DNA from: an uncultured Lachnospiraceae bacterium
Lineage (GTDB): Bacteria > Bacillota > Clostridia > Oscillospirales > CAG-272
Reading direction: 5' to 3'
NCBI GenBank assembly: GCA_964472845.1
Contig: CAYYND010000003.1
Span: 1-43,897 of the forward strand
Length of the DNA stretch: 43,897 bases
The notes beneath the pieces were generated by a model. That model ran no database searches. It was given only the letters and a program-made list of their open reading frames with translations, and had not been told where the DNA came from. Position numbers and translations under genes: made by a program. Positions 1-10,822 of this stretch are shown here, piece after piece (position 1 is the stretch's first letter; each line of letters starts with the position of its first letter).

Positions 1-373
1 CGGTATGACAGGTGAGAACCTTCTCGGTCTTGTTGAACGCAGATTTGATAACGTTGTATACACAATGGGATTTGCAAACAGCCGTAAGGAAGCTCGTCAG
101 CTCGTACTTCACGGTCACTTTACCCTTAACGGTAAGAAGGCAAACATTCCTTCCATTCTCGTTAAAGCCGGCGACGTGATCGCAGTAAAAGAGAGCAGCC
201 GCTCCACAGCAAAGTTCACAGCAGTAGCTGAGGAACTTGCGACCAAAGTCCTTCCTAAGTGGATCGAAGTCAACGCCGAAAACCTTCAGGGTAAGATAGT
301 TGCACTCCCCACAAGAGAAGATGTAGAATTCCCGTTCAACGAACAGCTTATCGTCGAGTTGTATTCCAAGTAA
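1..373 (+). CDS. rpsD: 30S ribosomal protein S4, C-terminal part (5' end lies outside the window)
   Basis: The ORF is open to the left edge. The translation ...RFDNVVYTMGFANSRKEARQLVLHGHFTLNGKKANIPS... is the S4 RNA-binding domain. rpoA-rplQ follow, as in the alpha operon. Confidence 0.9.
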   Translation, partial: GMTGENLLGLVERRFDNVVYTMGFANSRKEARQLVLHGHFTLNGKKANIPSILVKAGDVIAVKESSRSTAKFTAVAEELATKVLPKWIEVNAENLQGKIVALPTREDVEFPFNEQLIVELYSK

Positions 374-534
374 TACTGAGATCCGTGGAGCAAACGATGC
401 GTACCGCATAATGCTTGCTCTTGCGTATTAGCTGTTGGCGGAAGTATGTTAAAAAAACAGGAATGTCATCAGCAGATCAGTATAGCAACCACTACAAAAC
501 TATATTTAATAATTTTTAAGGAGGTTTATTTGGA

Positions 535-1503
535 ATGATCGAAAAGCCCAATATAACAACCGTTGAACTTAATGAAAACGGAACACAGGGTACCTTTGTA
601 GTTGAACCTCTCGAACCGGGATACGGAATAACGCTTGGTAATTCACTTCGCCGTGTATTGCTCAGCTCGCTCCCGGGCGTTGCCGTAACTAACATCAAAT
701 TAGACGGAGTATACCATGAGTTTTCGACTATTCCCGGCGTAATAGAGGACGTCACAGAGATCGTTCTTAACGTAAAGGGAATAACCGCAATACTTCACGG
801 TGCATACCCCAAGACGGTCATTATTGACGTTACCGGAGAATGTGATGTAAAAGCCGGCGACATAAAGGTGGATTCCGATATAGAAATTCTCAATCCCGAT
901 CACTATATAGCACACGTTAATGAGAACGCTCGCTTCTATATGGAGCTTACGTTCAATAAGGATCGTGGCTACGTATCACAGGATAAGAATAAGCAGCTTC
1001 ACGCAAAGGCTCTTGGAGCGAATGCGTCGGCACCTATCGGAACTATCTATACCGACTCAATTTATACTCCCGTTTACACTGTAAGTTACACAGTTGATAA
1101 CACAAGATTCGGAGATAATACCGAATACGATAAGCTTACGCTTAACGTTGTAACAAACGGAACAATATCAGCAAAAGAGGCGATTTCACTCGGCGCCAAG
1201 ATTCTCAACGAGCATCTCAACCTCTTCGTTGCTTTGTCGGACGAAGCAAGCAAAGTGGTAGTTATGGAAGAGCGTGAGGAGTCAGTGAAAGAGACCATAC
1301 TGGGGATGACCATTGAGGAACTTGACATGTCTGTAAGAAGCTTCAACTGCTTGAAGCGCGCAGGCATTGACACAGTAGCAGATCTTACTAACCGTACCGA
1401 GGAGGATATGATAAAGGTCAGAAACCTCGGAAAGAAATCGCTTGACGAAGTAATAGCAAAACTTCACTCACTCGGACTTGAACTCAAAAAAGAAGAAGAG
1501 TAA
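535..1503 (+). CDS. rpoA: DNA-directed RNA polymerase subunit alpha
   Basis: 322 aa, with an N-terminal assembly domain and an alpha-CTD ([19 protein letters not shown]...[10 protein letters not shown]). An AGGAGG RBS sits 10 nt upstream. Flanked by rpsD and rplQ. Confidence 0.95.
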   Translation: MIEKPNITTVELNENGTQGTFVVEPLEPGYGITLGNSLRRVLLSSLPGVAVTNIKLDGVYHEFSTIPGVIEDVTEIVLNVKGITAILHGAYPKTVIIDVTGECDVKAGDIKVDSDIEILNPDHYIAHVNENARFYMELTFNKDRGYVSQDKNKQLHAKALGANASAPIGTIYTDSIYTPVYTVSYTVDNTRFGDNTEYDKLTLNVVTNGTISAKEAISLGAKILNEHLNLFVALSDEASKVVVMEEREESVKETILGMTIEELDMSVRSFNCLKRAGIDTVADLTNRTEEDMIKVRNLGKKSLDEVIAKLHSLGLELKKEEE

Positions 1504-1537
1504 TCAGGTCGACAAATATTAAGGAGGGAAAAGGACA

Positions 1538-1948
1538 ATGCCCGGAACCAGAAAACTTGGCAGAACCACTGACCACAGAATCGCTATGATGCGTGGTATG
1601 GTTACACTCTTGCTTAAGAACGGCTCTGTTGAGACAACAGTAACAAGAGCAAAAGAAATTCGTTCTTGCACAGAGAAAATGATAACACTTGCCAAAAAGG
1701 CAAACAAATGTATGGCACTCGGCACCGCTGAGGGCAAGGCAAGTGCTCTTGCATATCGCCGTCAGGCAATTGCGTACATTACCGAGCCTTCGGTAGTTGA
1801 AAAGCTCTTCAGCGAGATCGCTCTCAAATATGAAAATCGTAACGGTGGATATACACAGATATTCAAGACCGGTTACAGACGCGGCGACGCAGCTGAGATG
1901 GCTATCATCAAGCTTGTTGATGAGGAAAGCACAACAGAGAAGAAGTAA
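1538..1948 (+). CDS. rplQ: 50S ribosomal protein L17
   Basis: 136 aa beginning [14 protein letters not shown]..., with a typical L17 C-terminus ([24 protein letters not shown]). AAGGAGGG RBS. Confidence 0.95.
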   Translation: MPGTRKLGRTTDHRIAMMRGMVTLLLKNGSVETTVTRAKEIRSCTEKMITLAKKANKCMALGTAEGKASALAYRRQAIAYITEPSVVEKLFSEIALKYENRNGGYTQIFKTGYRRGDAAEMAIIKLVDEESTTEKK

Positions 1949-1978
1949 TCGAAATTTGACGGTCGCTTCTTAACAATA

Positions 1979-2024
1979 TAAAGCAAGCTCGTAGGACTCG
2001 ATCCTTTACGGGCTTGCTTTTTTA
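1979..2024 (+). terminator. Rho-independent terminator after rplQ
   Basis: AAGCAAGC (1981-1988) pairs with GCTTGCTT (2012-2019), and a T-run follows. Confidence 0.6.
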
Positions 2025-2031
2025 AAAATAC

Positions 2032-2060
2032 TTGACAAAGATCGGTTATTGTGGTATCAT
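2032..2060 (+). promoter_or_regulatory. Sigma-A type promoter for fhs
   Basis: TTGACA (2032-2037), a 17-nt spacer ending in TGg, then TATCAT (2055-2060). Located about 45 nt upstream of the fhs start. Confidence 0.5.
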
Positions 2061-2107
2061 TACAGTAACATTTACAAGAGGATCTGTTGCTTTAGGGGGG
2101 GATGTAT

Positions 2108-3781
2108 ATGACGTATAAGTCGGATATAGAAATAGCTCAATCTGCAAAAATGAAGCCAATAGCCGAGATCGCCGAGGTTGCGGGCATCGATGAAAAATAT
2201 CTTGAGCCTTACGGAAAATATAAAGCCAAGGTGGACACATCGATATTAAATGAATCGGATCGCAGAAACGGCAAGCTGATACTTGTGACCGCGATCAGCC
2301 CGACCCCCGCGGGAGAGGGAAAAACGACTACTACCATAGGTCTTGCCGACGGTTTGCGTAAGATCGGCAAAAATTCCGTCGTGGCTCTTCGAGAACCGTC
2401 ACTCGGTCCCGTTTTCGGAATTAAGGGCGGTGCCGCCGGCGGCGGGTATGCTCAGGTCGTTCCTATGGAGGATATCAATCTTCATTTTACGGGCGATTTT
2501 CACGCGATAGGCGCGGCAAATAACCTTCTTGCGGCAATGCTCGATAACCATATTTATCAGGGAAATGCGCTAAATATCGATCCGAGAAGGATCACTTGGA
2601 AGCGATGCGTTGATATGAACGACCGCCAGCTTCGTTTCGTTACCGACGGTCTTGGCGGTAAGGTCAACGGAGTGCCTCGTGAGGATGGCTTTGACATAAC
2701 CGTCGCATCGGAAATAATGGCGGTGTTCTGCCTTGCCGATTCAATTGCTGATTTAAAAGAACGACTTTCAAGGATAGTCGTTGCATATACTTATAATGAT
2801 GAGCCCGTTACGGCAGGTCAGCTTGGCGCGGTGGGGGCTATGACGGCACTTCTTAAGGATGCCTTGAAACCGAATCTTGTGCAAACGCTCGAGGGAACCC
2901 CCGCATTTGTTCACGGCGGCCCTTTCGCCAATATCGCGCACGGATGCAATTCCGTTTTGGCGACCAAACTTGCTATGAAACTTGGGGATTATGCGGTCAC
3001 AGAGGCCGGCTTTGGCGCAGATCTCGGTGCTGAAAAATTCCTTGATATAAAATGTCGCAGTGCGGGATTGCGTCCCGATGCCGTTGTTGTTGTCGCGACT
3101 GTTCGCGCGCTTAAGATGCACGGCGGCGTTTCCCAAAATGAGCTTGGCACAGAAAACACCGAGGCACTCGAAAAGGGAATACCTAATCTTTTGCGCCACG
3201 TTTCCAATATAAAAAATGTATACAAGCTCCCTTGTGTCGTAGCGGTCAACCGTTTTCCGACCGACACCGATGCCGAGATATCGCTTGTTATTGAAAAATG
3301 CCGCGCACTCGGCGTAAATACCGTGCTTTCGACCGTATGGGCGGATGGCGGCAACGGCGGTAAAGCACTTGCAAACGAGGTTGTAAAGCTTTGCAAGGAA
3401 GATAATGACTTTTCTTTCAGTTATGAGCTTGACGGCACCATAGAGGACAAGATCGATACAATAGTGCGCCGCATTTACGGCGGCGAGGGAGTCATCTTTA
3501 CTCCTGCGGCAAAAAAAGATATAGAGAGGCTGACATCTCTCGGATTTGATAAGCTGCCGATCTGTATGGCTAAGACTCAGTACAGCTTTTCCGACGATGC
3601 CTCAAAGCTCGGTTCTCCTGAAGGATTTACCGTTACTGTACGAAGCCTCAAGATATCAGCGGGAGCGGGATTTATAGTTGCACTTACAGGAGATATCCTA
3701 ACTATGCCGGGATTGCCGAAATCGCCTGCCGCCGAGCGCATAGACGTCGACGATGAGGGAAGAATAATAGGTCTGTTTTAA
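2108..3781 (+). CDS. fhs: Formate-tetrahydrofolate ligase
   Basis: About 557 aa. N-terminus [12 protein letters not shown]-loop region [15 protein letters not shown], and a full-length FTHFS-like sequence. I prefer ATG 2108 over ATG 2102 on RBS spacing. Confidence 0.95.
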   Translation: MTYKSDIEIAQSAKMKPIAEIAEVAGIDEKYLEPYGKYKAKVDTSILNESDRRNGKLILVTAISPTPAGEGKTTTTIGLADGLRKIGKNSVVALREPSLGPVFGIKGGAAGGGYAQVVPMEDINLHFTGDFHAIGAANNLLAAMLDNHIYQGNALNIDPRRITWKRCVDMNDRQLRFVTDGLGGKVNGVPREDGFDITVASEIMAVFCLADSIADLKERLSRIVVAYTYNDEPVTAGQLGAVGAMTALLKDALKPNLVQTLEGTPAFVHGGPFANIAHGCNSVLATKLAMKLGDYAVTEAGFGADLGAEKFLDIKCRSAGLRPDAVVVVATVRALKMHGGVSQNELGTENTEALEKGIPNLLRHVSNIKNVYKLPCVVAVNRFPTDTDAEISLVIEKCRALGVNTVLSTVWADGGNGGKALANEVVKLCKEDNDFSFSYELDGTIEDKIDTIVRRIYGGEGVIFTPAAKKDIERLTSLGFDKLPICMAKTQYSFSDDASKLGSPEGFTVTVRSLKISAGAGFIVALTGDILTMPGLPKSPAAERIDVDDEGRIIGLF

Positions 3782-3817
3782 CAGAGTGCGTGTTCGTTTT
3801 GCGAATATTATAAGATC

Positions 3818-3850
3818 AACGCCTCCCGTAACGTGATGTCGGGAGGCGTT
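3818..3850 (+). terminator. Strong hairpin downstream of fhs (terminator candidate, no clear U-tract)
   Basis: AACGCCTCCCG (3818-3828) pairs with CGGGAGGCGTT (3840-3850), an 11-bp perfect stem. The downstream sequence is not T-rich. Confidence 0.45.
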
Positions 3851-3894
3851 GCAAGAATTCATCGGGAATTATTCAAAAATCTTTGTTTTTGCGC

Positions 3895-3923
3895 TTGACA
3901 AAACGCTCGAATTATGATACAAT
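3895..3923 (+). promoter_or_regulatory. Sigma-A type promoter of the pyr operon
   Basis: TTGACA (3895-3900), a 17-nt spacer ending in TGa, then TACAAT (3918-3923). This leaves only about 28 nt of leader before pyrC. Confidence 0.55.
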
Positions 3924-3951
3924 ATATCAAGTTTGTAGTTAAGGAGTTCAT

Positions 3952-5181
3952 ATGAAAAAGGTGTTTGATATTTCAACTGAAAATATTGATATTCTTATGG
4001 ACAGGGTAAGATCCCATTACAAAAAATGTTTTATTGACAAGGGTGCCGACTCTCTCGGTGCGTTTGACTTTGACGGATATACCGTTTTTCCCGGTTTTTG
4101 CGATGTGCACGTGCATTTTCGTGAGCCGGGTTTTTCTTATAAAGAAACGATAAAAAGCGGTTCGCAAGCTGCGGCAAGGGGAGGATACACTACGGTGTGC
4201 ACGATGCCGAACCTTGATCCCGTTCCGGACACATATGACGCCATCAAGCTTCAAAAGGATATAATAGATCGAGATTCTTGTATACACATCTATCCTTACG
4301 CCGCCATAACGGTTGGCGAACGGGGAGAGCGTCTTTCGGATATGGAGGATATGGCGGATATTGCCGTTGCATATTCGGACGACGGAAGGGGCGTTCAGTC
4401 GGAGGATATGATGCGCAACGCTATGCGCAGAGCCAAAACGCTTGGCAAACTCGTCGTTGCACATTGCGAGGTGAACGATCTTTTGAAGGGCGGCTACATA
4501 CACGACGGTGAATATGCAAGAAGTCACGGTCACAGAGGAATTTGCTCCGAGAGTGAGTATCGCCAGATCGAAAGAGACATAAAGCTTGCGCAAGAAACGG
4601 GCTGTGCATATCACGTGTGTCACATTTCCGCAAAGGAAAGCGTAGATCTCATAAGACAGGCAAAGGCTGACGGAGTTGATATCACGTGTGAGACCGCACC
4701 GCACTACCTTGTTATGGACGAAAACGATCTTCGTGAGGACGGAAGATTTAAGATGAATCCGCCGCTCAGATCAAGCAGAGACAGAGAAGCACTCGTAGAT
4801 GGAATAAAGGACGGGACGATAGATATGATAGCTACCGACCACGCGCCTCATTCCGCCGAGGAAAAATCAAGAGGACTTGAAAAAAGCGCTTTTGGTATAG
4901 TTGGGATAGAGACGGCGTTTCCGGTAATGTATACGAAGCTCGTGCGAACGGGGATAATAGATATACAGAGGCTTATGGAGCTTATTGTCGCAAATCCGCG
5001 AAAGCGGTTCGGAATTCCTTATACAGATGACTTTTCGGTCTGGGACCTTGAGAAAAGCTTTAAGGTGGATCCGAAGGATCTTCTCTCCATGGGGAAGGCT
5101 ACACCATTTGAAGGCGAGACCTTGTACGGAGTCAATTTTCTAACGGTATGCGGTGGAAAGATCGCGTATAAGAAGGTGTGA
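3952..5181 (+). CDS. pyrC: Dihydroorotase
   Basis: 409 aa. Metal-binding DVHVHFREPG motif, an amidohydrolase fold pattern (ATDHAPH), and pyr operon context. Confidence 0.9.
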   Translation: MKKVFDISTENIDILMDRVRSHYKKCFIDKGADSLGAFDFDGYTVFPGFCDVHVHFREPGFSYKETIKSGSQAAARGGYTTVCTMPNLDPVPDTYDAIKLQKDIIDRDSCIHIYPYAAITVGERGERLSDMEDMADIAVAYSDDGRGVQSEDMMRNAMRRAKTLGKLVVAHCEVNDLLKGGYIHDGEYARSHGHRGICSESEYRQIERDIKLAQETGCAYHVCHISAKESVDLIRQAKADGVDITCETAPHYLVMDENDLREDGRFKMNPPLRSSRDREALVDGIKDGTIDMIATDHAPHSAEEKSRGLEKSAFGIVGIETAFPVMYTKLVRTGIIDIQRLMELIVANPRKRFGIPYTDDFSVWDLEKSFKVDPKDLLSMGKATPFEGETLYGVNFLTVCGGKIAYKKV

Positions 5182-5256
5182 GAACGAAAAAAGGAAGCAC
5201 TGGTTTATATAATAAATTACAAATTTATTTTTGGTATAATTTATCGGGAGGCAAGT

Positions 5257-8200
5257 ATGGCAAAAAGAAAAGATCTCAAAAAAATACTTATTATCGGCTC
5301 CGGTCCGATAGTTATCGGTCAGGCGGCGGAGTTTGACTATGCGGGAACGCAGGCGTGCCTGGCACTTAAGGAAGAGGGATACGAGGTCGTGCTCGTAAAC
5401 TCCAACCCCGCAACCATTATGACAGATACCACGATAGCGGATAAGGTGTATATGGAGCCTTTGACGCTTGAGTATATTGCAAAGATCCTTCGTTACGAAA
5501 GACCCGATGCAATAGTTCCGGGCATCGGCGGACAGACGGGGCTTAACCTTGCTATGCAGCTTGAAAAGAAGGGCGTGCTTAAAGAGTGCCACGTTGAGCT
5601 TCTCGGAACAAGCAGCGAAAGCATAGAAAGAGCGGAGGACAGAGAGCTTTTCAAAGAGCTTTGTCAATCGATCGGAGAGCCTACGATTCCGTCGGAGATA
5701 ACGTACAGTATAGATGAGGCCAAAGCGGCGGCACTCAGCATAGGATATCCCGTAGTACTTCGTCCCGCCTTCACGCTCGGCGGTACGGGCGGAGGTTTTG
5801 CAAACAATGAGGCTGAACTTATCGAGATCGGACTTAATGCCTTTAAACTCTCGCCCGTTCATCAGGTGCTTGTTGAAAAGAGTGTTAAAGGATATAAAGA
5901 GATCGAATTTGAGGTAATGCGCGACTCGAATGATAACGCTATTACTATCTGCGGTATGGAAAACGTCGATCCTGTCGGTATACATACAGGTGACTCGATA
6001 GTTGTAGCGCCTATACTTACACTTAACGATCACGATCTTAAAATGCTCAATGACAGCGCCATAAAGATAATAAGAGAGCTCAAGATCGAAGGCGGTTGCA
6101 ATGTACAGTTTGCATTAAATCCTCAAACAAGTGAATATTACCTTATTGAGGTAAATCCGCGAGTATCCAGATCGTCGGCTTTGGCTTCCAAGGCGAGCGG
6201 ATATCCGATAGCGAGGGTCACGGCTAAGATCGCGGTAGGTATGACGCTTGATGAGATCAAGATCGCCAACGCAACTGCAGCTATCGAGCCGAGACTCGAT
6301 TATATCGTTGCCAAATTTCCGCGTTTCCCGTTCGATAAATTCACGTCGGCATCAAATATACTCGGTACACAGATGAAAGCTACAGGCGAGGTTATGGGAA
6401 TCGGCTCCAATCTTGAAGAGTGCCTTTTGAAGTCGGTTCGCTCGCTTGAAACGGGAGTTTGCCACTTATATCTTGCAAAATTTGATAATATGTCCACCTC
6501 TGAGCTCTTAGATTATGTTAAAGAATTCAGATCCGACAACATATACGCGATAGCACAGCTTGTACGTATGGGCGTTTCTGTTGACGAGCTTTATGATGTC
6601 ACTATGATCACTCCGTATTTTCTTGAATCGATCAAAAAGATCGTTGATATGGAGAATGTGCTCAAAAATAATGTGAATGACATAAAGCTTCTCAAAGAGG
6701 CTAAGAAGATGGGCTTTGCGGATAAATTTATTGCCAAGCTTTGGGGTGTGTCTGAGTCCTGCGTTGCTTCCTTGAGAAAGCAAAACGGTATCGTTCCGGT
6801 ATTCAGAATGGTAGACACGCTTCACACGGGAGCGTACATTCCATATTTCTACTCGTCGTATACGGGAGAAAACGATTCTGTGATCACAAATAAGAAAAAA
6901 GCCGTCGTTCTCGGTGCGGGACCCATTCGTATAGGTCAGGGCGTTGAATTTGACTACTCCACAGTACACGCCGTAACTACGATCAAAAAATGCGGATATG
7001 AGGCTATAATCATCAACAACAATCCCGAGACCGTTTCAACCGACTACACTACAAGTGATAAGCTCTATTTTGAGCCTCTTACTCCCGAGGACGTAATGAA
7101 TATAGTTGATTTTGAAGATCCGGAGGGCGTTATCGCCTCTCTCGGAGGACAGACAGCAATCAATTTGGCTGAGCCTCTTATGAAACAGGGAGTAAAGATC
7201 ATAGGCACGGATTGCGAGGCTATCGATCGCGCGGAAAACCGTGATAGATTTGAAAAAATGCTCAAGGAACTCGGAATACCTCAGCCCGAGGGCAGAGCAG
7301 TGACCAAGATCGAGGACGGAGTGGAAGCGGCGAAGAAGATAGGTTATCCCGTGCTCGTTCGACCGAGCTTCGTACTTGGCGGACGTGCTATGCAGATCGT
7401 TGCAAATGAAGCTCAGCTCCGCCATTATCTGAAAACTGCGGTAGAGATCGACGAGGACAAGCCGGTGCTTGTAGATAAATATATCATCGGTAAAGAGGTT
7501 GAGGTGGACGCGATATGCGACGGTCGCGATGTGTTCGTTCCCGGAATTATGGAGCTCGTTGAGAGAACGGGTATACACTCGGGAGACTCGATAAGCGTTT
7601 ATCCTACCTTCAGTATATCCAACAAGGTCAAGGGAATTATTCTTCAGTACGCAAAGAAGCTCGGACTCGGTATAGGTATCGTCGGTCTTTACAATATTCA
7701 GTTTATTGTAGATCACGAAGAGCGCGTATACATTATCGAGGTCAACCCGCGTTCCTCCCGTACGGTTCCGTTCCTTTCAAAGGCTACGGGATACAGTCTT
7801 GCCGATATAGCGACAGAGGTCATTATGGGCAAGTCTCTTAAAGAGCAGGGAATATTCGATATCTATCCTAACGAGAAGAACAGATGGTATGTAAAGGTTC
7901 CCGTATTCTCTTTCAGTAAGATAAGAGGTCTGGACGCTTATCTTTCTCCCGAAATGAAATCAACGGGCGAGGCGATAGGCTATGACGACAGACTTAACCG
8001 TGCACTTTATAAAGCACTTCAGGCGTCGGGTATGCACCTGCAGAATTACGGTACGGTATTTGCAACGATCGCCGATAAGGATAAGGAGGAGGCACTGCCG
8101 CTGATCCGCCGTTTCTACGACCTCGGATTCAATATAGAAGCTACCGAGGGTACGGCGACATTCCTTAAGTGCAACGGTATACGTACTCATGTACTTCACA

Positions 8201-8430
8201 AGATAAGCGATGGAAGCGATGAGATATACGAATCCATCCGTCAGGGACATATCGCTTATGTTATAAACACGAGCGACATCGGATCCAATGATCACTTGAG
8301 TGACGGATATAAGATCCGCAAATATGCTACCGAATGTAATGTTACTATGTTTACGTCTCTTGATACTGTTAAGGTGCTTCTTGATGTACTTGATGAGACC
8401 ACACTTCGTATCTCGACGATAGATTCATAA
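5257..8430 (+). CDS. carB: Carbamoyl-phosphate synthase large subunit
   Basis: 1057 aa. Two ATP-grasp halves (IIGSGPIVIGQAAEFDYAG... and VLGAGPIRIGQGVEFDY...) and a C-terminal MGS-like domain. Confidence 0.95.
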   Translation: MAKRKDLKKILIIGSGPIVIGQAAEFDYAGTQACLALKEEGYEVVLVNSNPATIMTDTTIADKVYMEPLTLEYIAKILRYERPDAIVPGIGGQTGLNLAMQLEKKGVLKECHVELLGTSSESIERAEDRELFKELCQSIGEPTIPSEITYSIDEAKAAALSIGYPVVLRPAFTLGGTGGGFANNEAELIEIGLNAFKLSPVHQVLVEKSVKGYKEIEFEVMRDSNDNAITICGMENVDPVGIHTGDSIVVAPILTLNDHDLKMLNDSAIKIIRELKIEGGCNVQFALNPQTSEYYLIEVNPRVSRSSALASKASGYPIARVTAKIAVGMTLDEIKIANATAAIEPRLDYIVAKFPRFPFDKFTSASNILGTQMKATGEVMGIGSNLEECLLKSVRSLETGVCHLYLAKFDNMSTSELLDYVKEFRSDNIYAIAQLVRMGVSVDELYDVTMITPYFLESIKKIVDMENVLKNNVNDIKLLKEAKKMGFADKFIAKLWGVSESCVASLRKQNGIVPVFRMVDTLHTGAYIPYFYSSYTGENDSVITNKKKAVVLGAGPIRIGQGVEFDYSTVHAVTTIKKCGYEAIIINNNPETVSTDYTTSDKLYFEPLTPEDVMNIVDFEDPEGVIASLGGQTAINLAEPLMKQGVKIIGTDCEAIDRAENRDRFEKMLKELGIPQPEGRAVTKIEDGVEAAKKIGYPVLVRPSFVLGGRAMQIVANEAQLRHYLKTAVEIDEDKPVLVDKYIIGKEVEVDAICDGRDVFVPGIMELVERTGIHSGDSISVYPTFSISNKVKGIILQYAKKLGLGIGIVGLYNIQFIVDHEERVYIIEVNPRSSRTVPFLSKATGYSLADIATEVIMGKSLKEQGIFDIYPNEKNRWYVKVPVFSFSKIRGLDAYLSPEMKSTGEAIGYDDRLNRALYKALQASGMHLQNYGTVFATIADKDKEEALPLIRRFYDLGFNIEATEGTATFLKCNGIRTHVLHKISDGSDEIYESIRQGHIAYVINTSDIGSNDHLSDGYKIRKYATECNVTMFTSLDTVKVLLDVLDETTLRISTIDS

Positions 8431-8447
8431 GCAGGACGGAGAACGGT

Positions 8448-9182
8448 ATGAAGCAAGTTGTATTTAAAATAAAAGAAAATCTTCCGCTGACGGAGAATGT
8501 CTATAAAATGATCCTCTCGGGCGATACGGGTGATATTACGTGCCCGGGGCAGTTTGTGAATATCAAGCTTGACGGTTTTTTCCTTCGCAGACCGATATCG
8601 GTATGCGATGTTCGCGGTGATGAGCTGACGATAATATATAAAGTGGTAGGCAAAGGCACCGAGGCTATGAAAGATATGAAATACGGCGAGCTTGACGTTC
8701 TTACGGGACTCGGAAACGGATATGAGCTTTCGGAATCGGGAGACAAGCCCTTGCTCATCGGCGGAGGTGTCGGCGTTCCACCTATGTATCTGCTTGCCAG
8801 GAGGCTTATATCCGAAGGAAAGCGGGTATCGGTCATACTCGGCTTTAATACCCAAAACGAGGTATTTTACGAGAATGAATTTAAGGCACTCGGAGCGAAG
8901 GTATATGTAACTACCGTTGACGGTTCGTACGGAATAAAGGGCTTTGTTACCGAGGCGATGCGCAACATTGAATATACATATTTCTACACCTGCGGTCCCG
9001 AGCCTATGCTGAAGGCGGTGTGCGGCGCATCTTCTTCGAGCGGTCAGCTCAGCTTTGAGGAGCGAATGGGTTGCGGCTTCGGCGCTTGTATGGGATGCTC
9101 GTGTAAAACCCTTACGGGTAACAAAAGGATCTGCAAGGACGGTCCCGTTCTTCGCAAGGAGGAAATAATATGGCAGAAATGA
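8448..9182 (+). CDS. pyrK: Dihydroorotate dehydrogenase B electron-transfer subunit
   Basis: 244 aa. FAD/NAD-binding fold (RRPISV) and a C-terminal 2Fe-2S motif CGFGACMGCSC. Overlaps the pyrD start. Confidence 0.9.
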   Translation: MKQVVFKIKENLPLTENVYKMILSGDTGDITCPGQFVNIKLDGFFLRRPISVCDVRGDELTIIYKVVGKGTEAMKDMKYGELDVLTGLGNGYELSESGDKPLLIGGGVGVPPMYLLARRLISEGKRVSVILGFNTQNEVFYENEFKALGAKVYVTTVDGSYGIKGFVTEAMRNIEYTYFYTCGPEPMLKAVCGASSSSGQLSFEERMGCGFGACMGCSCKTLTGNKRICKDGPVLRKEEIIWQK

Positions 9183-10081
9183 AGGTCGAGCTGTGCGGTA
9201 TAGAGCTTGATAACCCAATAATTCCGGCAAGTGGGACTTTCGGATACGGTTATGAGTTTGCAGAGCTTTATGATATAAATATTCTCGGAACCTTTTCTTT
9301 CAAGGGAACGACCAGGGATGCTCGTTTCGGCAATCCTACGCCGAGGATAGCCGAATGTACTTCAGGTATGATAAATGCCGTGGGACTTCAAAATCCGGGC
9401 GTGGATAAGGTGATATCCGAGGAGCTTCCGAAGCTTTCAAAATGTTTTCATAAGAAGGTTATGGCAAATGTAAGCGGCTTTTCGGTCGAAGATTACGCCT
9501 ATACCTGCGAGCGACTCGATAAATGCGATCAGGTGGGATGGCTTGAGGTAAACGTAAGCTGTCCGAACGTTCACGGAGGAGGTATGAGCTTTGGCACGTC
9601 TCCCGAGGCGGCAGCCGAGGTTACGAAAGCTGTCAAGGCGGTAACAAAAAAGCCTGTATTTATAAAGCTTTCACCGAATGTTACAGATATAGTGTCGATA
9701 GCCAAAGCCTGCGAGGATGCAGGGGCTGACGGTATAAGCCTTATAAACACACTGCTCGGTATGAGGATAGATCTGCGTACGAGAAGACCCGTTATCGCGA
9801 ATAAAATGGGCGGATTTTCCGGAAGCGCGATCTTTCCCGTAGCTTTGAGGATGGTATATCAGGTGTCTTGCGCGGTGAACATTCCCGTAATAGGTATGGG
9901 AGGAGTCTCAAGCGCTGAGGATGTTATAGAGATGATGCTTGCGGGTGCTACTGCGGTTGAGATCGGCGCGGCAAACCTTGTCGACCCGTTTGTATGCAAG
10001 GATATCATCGAGCAGTTACCGAGGGTAATGGAAAAATATAAGATAAATTCACTTAGAGAAATAATAGGAGGAGTAAACTGA
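9170..10081 (+). CDS. pyrD: Dihydroorotate dehydrogenase B catalytic subunit
   Basis: 303 aa. Class 1B DHOD sequence (NPIIPASGTFGYG...NAVGLQNPG...NVSCPN). GGAGG RBS. Confidence 0.9.
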   Translation: MAEMKVELCGIELDNPIIPASGTFGYGYEFAELYDINILGTFSFKGTTRDARFGNPTPRIAECTSGMINAVGLQNPGVDKVISEELPKLSKCFHKKVMANVSGFSVEDYAYTCERLDKCDQVGWLEVNVSCPNVHGGGMSFGTSPEAAAEVTKAVKAVTKKPVFIKLSPNVTDIVSIAKACEDAGADGISLINTLLGMRIDLRTRRPVIANKMGGFSGSAIFPVALRMVYQVSCAVNIPVIGMGGVSSAEDVIEMMLAGATAVEIGAANLVDPFVCKDIIEQLPRVMEKYKINSLREIIGGVN

Positions 10082-10779
10082 TGGGAAGAGATGTCATAAT
10101 TGCTTGTGATTTCGACAGTGCCGAAAGAACATTTGCGTTTCTTGATAAATTCACGGGCAAAAAGCCGTTTGTAAAGATAGGTATGGAGCTTTATTATGCT
10201 GAAGGACCTTCAATAGTGAGAGAGATAAAGGCGAGAGGTCACAAGATATTTCTTGATCTTAAGCTTCATGATATTCCGAATACGGTAAAAAAGTCAATGG
10301 CAGTGCTCTCAAGACTTGACGTTGATATGTGTAACCTTCACGCAGGCGGCACCGTTAGAATGATGGAAGCGGCTATTGAGGGACTTACTCGCGAGGACGG
10401 CACGAGACCCTTGCTTATTGCGGTAACTCAGCTGACCTCTACCGATCAGGAGAGTATGGAAAATGATCTGCTCATAAAGGAGCCGATAGATAAAGTAGTT
10501 ATGCACTATGCTTCCAATGCAAAGAAAGCCGGGCTCGACGGCGTCGTATGCTCGCCGCTTGAGGCAGGAAAAGTTCACTCGATCTGCGGAGATGACTTTA
10601 TTACGGTAACTCCGGGAGTAAGATTTGCTGACGGAGATGTTGGGGATCAGAAGCGTGTTATGACGCCTGCTGAGGCTAAAAGGATCGGATCCGACTATAT
10701 CGTTGTCGGCAGACCGATAACGGCTGCGGAGGATCCCGTTTCGGCATACGAAAGATGCGTCAGAGAGTTTGTTGACTGA
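10081..10779 (+). CDS. pyrF: Orotidine 5'-phosphate decarboxylase
   Basis: 232 aa. DLKLHDIPNT motif. TGATG start/stop overlap with pyrD. Confidence 0.9.
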   Translation: MGRDVIIACDFDSAERTFAFLDKFTGKKPFVKIGMELYYAEGPSIVREIKARGHKIFLDLKLHDIPNTVKKSMAVLSRLDVDMCNLHAGGTVRMMEAAIEGLTREDGTRPLLIAVTQLTSTDQESMENDLLIKEPIDKVVMHYASNAKKAGLDGVVCSPLEAGKVHSICGDDFITVTPGVRFADGDVGDQKRVMTPAEAKRIGSDYIVVGRPITAAEDPVSAYERCVREFVD

Positions 10780-10822
10780 TGCAGATCAAAAGCAAAACGT
10801 CGAATATATAAGGAGAGTTAAA

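Noticed and set aside
3924-3951. A PyrR-type attenuator or anti-terminator in the pyr leader.
   Set aside because: The leader after the putative -10 is about 28 nt, with no hairpin. The 3818-3850 hairpin lies upstream of the promoter and fits better as the fhs terminator.
5140-6033. Long antisense ORFs inside carB (297 aa). Similar ones occur at 3973-4704, 8292-9230, 12580-13500 and 38763-39536.
   Set aside because: Each lies opposite a confidently identified gene. Their compositions are typical of antisense frames (Arg/Ser/Cys/Leu-rich), they have no motifs, and they have no start context.
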